Source: Candidatus Vampirococcus lugosii (lineage in GTDB: Bacteria; Patescibacteriota; Gracilibacteria; Absconditabacterales; Absconditicoccaceae). From it: a stretch of 9,342 nucleotides of DNA. The position numbers were made by a program, and so were the translations under genes. This document shows, piece by piece, positions 8,315 through 9,342 of the stretch. The notes beneath the pieces are model-generated. The model was not told where the DNA came from and did not search any database. It worked only from the letters and a program-made list of their open reading frames with translations. Location of the stretch: NCBI RefSeq assembly GCF_018420025.1, contig NZ_JAEDAM010000039.1, positions 1-9,342 on the forward strand, in the 5' to 3' direction. Positions within the stretch are counted from its first letter, which is position 1, and each line of letters starts with the position of its first letter.

Positions 8315-8400
8315 AATAATTCTTTTATATATTTGAAACTATATAATACTTGAAATTTAAATCAAAATCACAAAACAAACTTCATAAAAAATCATTAACA

Positions 8401-8431
8401 AAAAAACATTTCTTAATCAGAAATGTTTTTT
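8401..8431. terminator. Candidate bidirectional intrinsic terminator between the convergent 7TM and beta-helix genes.
   Basis: There is a perfect 13-bp inverted repeat, aaaaaacatttct (8401-8413) and agaaatgtttttt (8419-8431), with a 5-nt loop taatc. The A-run on the left arm and T-run on the right arm give a U-tract after the hairpin core when transcribed from either strand. It lies 87 nt after the + gene stop and 31 nt after the - gene stop. The stem is GC-poor with only 2 G:C pairs. Confidence 0.5.
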
Positions 8432-8461
8432 GTGTCTTATTTGATATAATTATACTATATC

Positions 8462-9342
8462 TTAATTATTACTTTCTATTTTTAAATTATCTATATCACT
8501 TTCACTATCTATATGATAATCACCTTCATTATTTCCAGAAAAAGTATTATTAATAATTTCAATATTATCAATTTTATTTTCAGAATTATTAATACGAACT
8601 CAATAATTATCATTATCATAAATATTATTTGAATCAATAGACAAAGAATTTGAATTATTAACATATATTCAATCTCAATCTCATGAAGTATCACTAATAT
8701 TAATATAATTATCTTTTGTAAAAGATATATCATTATCTTTCACTATTGATTTATAACTTTCATTATTTATATTTATATCAGTAACAGTTATAGCACTTCA
8801 TGAATTATATTCAATATCATTTCAAATAACTTCAACATGAAGAGTCGCATCACCTCATCAATTTAATTCAATTCATGCATACTTCTCGTCAGTATTATTA
8901 TTTCTATATACTTTATTGTTTTTTATCAGAACATATCTTTCATCAGGTTCTGTATCTTCATTTGATGGTGAAGAACCTACACCATAATGATGAATTCATC
9001 TTTCTATATTATCACTAATCTCTGTATTTATAATTTCTCCATAAGAATATAAAGTTATACCATCTCAAGTATTATGAGTAGATTTTGAATTTCTTATTGA
9101 AATATTTTTAGATTTTTTTACTCTAATTCAATCATCATTATTATTATGAGAATATACATTATCAATCAATATATTATTTGAAAATTCAGCATAAATACCT
9201 CTTTTACCAAACTCTTTAATTTCAATATTTTTAATTTCAATATTATCAAAATTATAAATATATATTCAATGTTCATTAATATCTGTACCATCCAATATTG
9301 ATCTATCTGTACCGACACCTATTAAAGCAATTCATTTTTTAT
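8462..9342 (-). CDS. Right-handed parallel beta-helix repeat protein (PbH1/NosD/CASH-like). This is the C-terminal 293 codons; the 5' end is outside the window.
   Basis: The frame is open from 9340 down to TAA at 8462-8464, with 14 TGA and no TAA/TAG (scanned). Translation: KKGIALIGVGTDRSILDGTDINEHGIYIYNFDNIEIKNIEIKEFGKRGIYAEFSNNILIDNVYSHNNNDDGIRVKKSKNISIRNSKSTHNTGDGITLYSYGEIINTEISDNIERGIHHYGVG...NNKVYRNNNTDEKYAGIELNGGGDATLHVEVIGNDIEYNSGSAITV...SGDGDGIYVNNSNSLSIDSNNIYDNDNYGVRINNSENKIDNIEIINNTFSGNNEGDYHIDSESDIDNLKIESNN*. Periodic N-(I/V)-x-(I/V)-x-(N/D) rungs with G(I/V) turns are typical of this fold. Track ORFs 8509..8733 and 8350..8553 are off-frame or antisense artefacts. Confidence 0.8.

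Noticed and set aside
8350-8733. Track ORFs 8350..8553 (+) and 8509..8733 (-), both with Ile/Leu/Tyr-rich low-complexity translations.
   Set aside because: One is antisense and the other is off-frame by 1 relative to the beta-helix gene, whose frame is open for 879 nt and shows clear repeat rungs. The 8350 ORF starts in the intergenic region containing the terminator hairpin.
1-9342. TGA = tryptophan (table 4, Mycoplasma/Spiroplasma-like), the usual explanation for an AT-rich sequence full of in-frame TGA.
   Set aside because: In Tgt, DinD-like and DedA alignments the TGA positions are conserved glycines (LTDSGGFQ, PVGT, YLMGVG, NGAE.W). Conserved tryptophans are encoded by TGG. Trp at those sites would destroy the hallmark motifs.
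1-9342. The window might be non-coding, pseudogenised or junk AT-rich DNA, because the standard-code ORFs are all shorter than 75 aa.
   Set aside because: Seven frames of 0.6-2.2 kb contain no TAA/TAG at all in a ~20% GC sequence. This is wildly improbable by chance, and several translate to recognisable families once TGA is read as sense.
1-9342. Search for tRNA (especially a tRNA-Gly-UCA), rRNA or a CRISPR array.
   Set aside because: The intergenic spaces are short (1-215 bp) and uniformly AT-rich, with no GC-rich stem segments or regularly spaced direct repeats. Nothing is supportable.

Overview
The window is extremely AT-rich (about 20% GC by eye, not computed) and densely coding. The supplied ORF track is fragmented because it treats TGA as a stop. 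I scanned each frame triplet by triplet for TAA/TAG while reading TGA as sense. This gives 7 long CDSs plus one gene remnant, covering about 94% of the window.

The tgt gene (5507..6637, minus) is unmistakable and settles the code. All 27 of its in-frame TGA codons fall where Tgt has glycine, as far as I can align from memory (PVGT, LTDSGGFQ, GGxxVGE, YLMGVG), and TGG still sits at conserved Trp. So TGA = Gly (translation table 25), not Trp (table 4). This points to an Absconditabacteria (SR1) or Gracilibacteria (Patescibacteria/CPR) genome.

Gene order:
- partial K/E-rich hypothetical protein (+)
- C-terminal remnant of an IS200/RayT-like transposase (-)
- DinD-like protein fused to a four-helix-bundle (23S rRNA IVS / Avd-family) domain (-)
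- 742-aa membrane-anchored orphan protein (-)
- DedA/VTT-family membrane protein (+)
- tgt (-)
- signal-peptide plus 7TM protein (+)
- partial parallel beta-helix repeat protein (-)

I found no rRNA, tRNA or CRISPR. The most notable points are the recoding itself, TGA serving as the majority glycine codon, and the co-oriented accessory block at 1107..4672 (transposase remnant, DinD::4HB fusion, large orphan).
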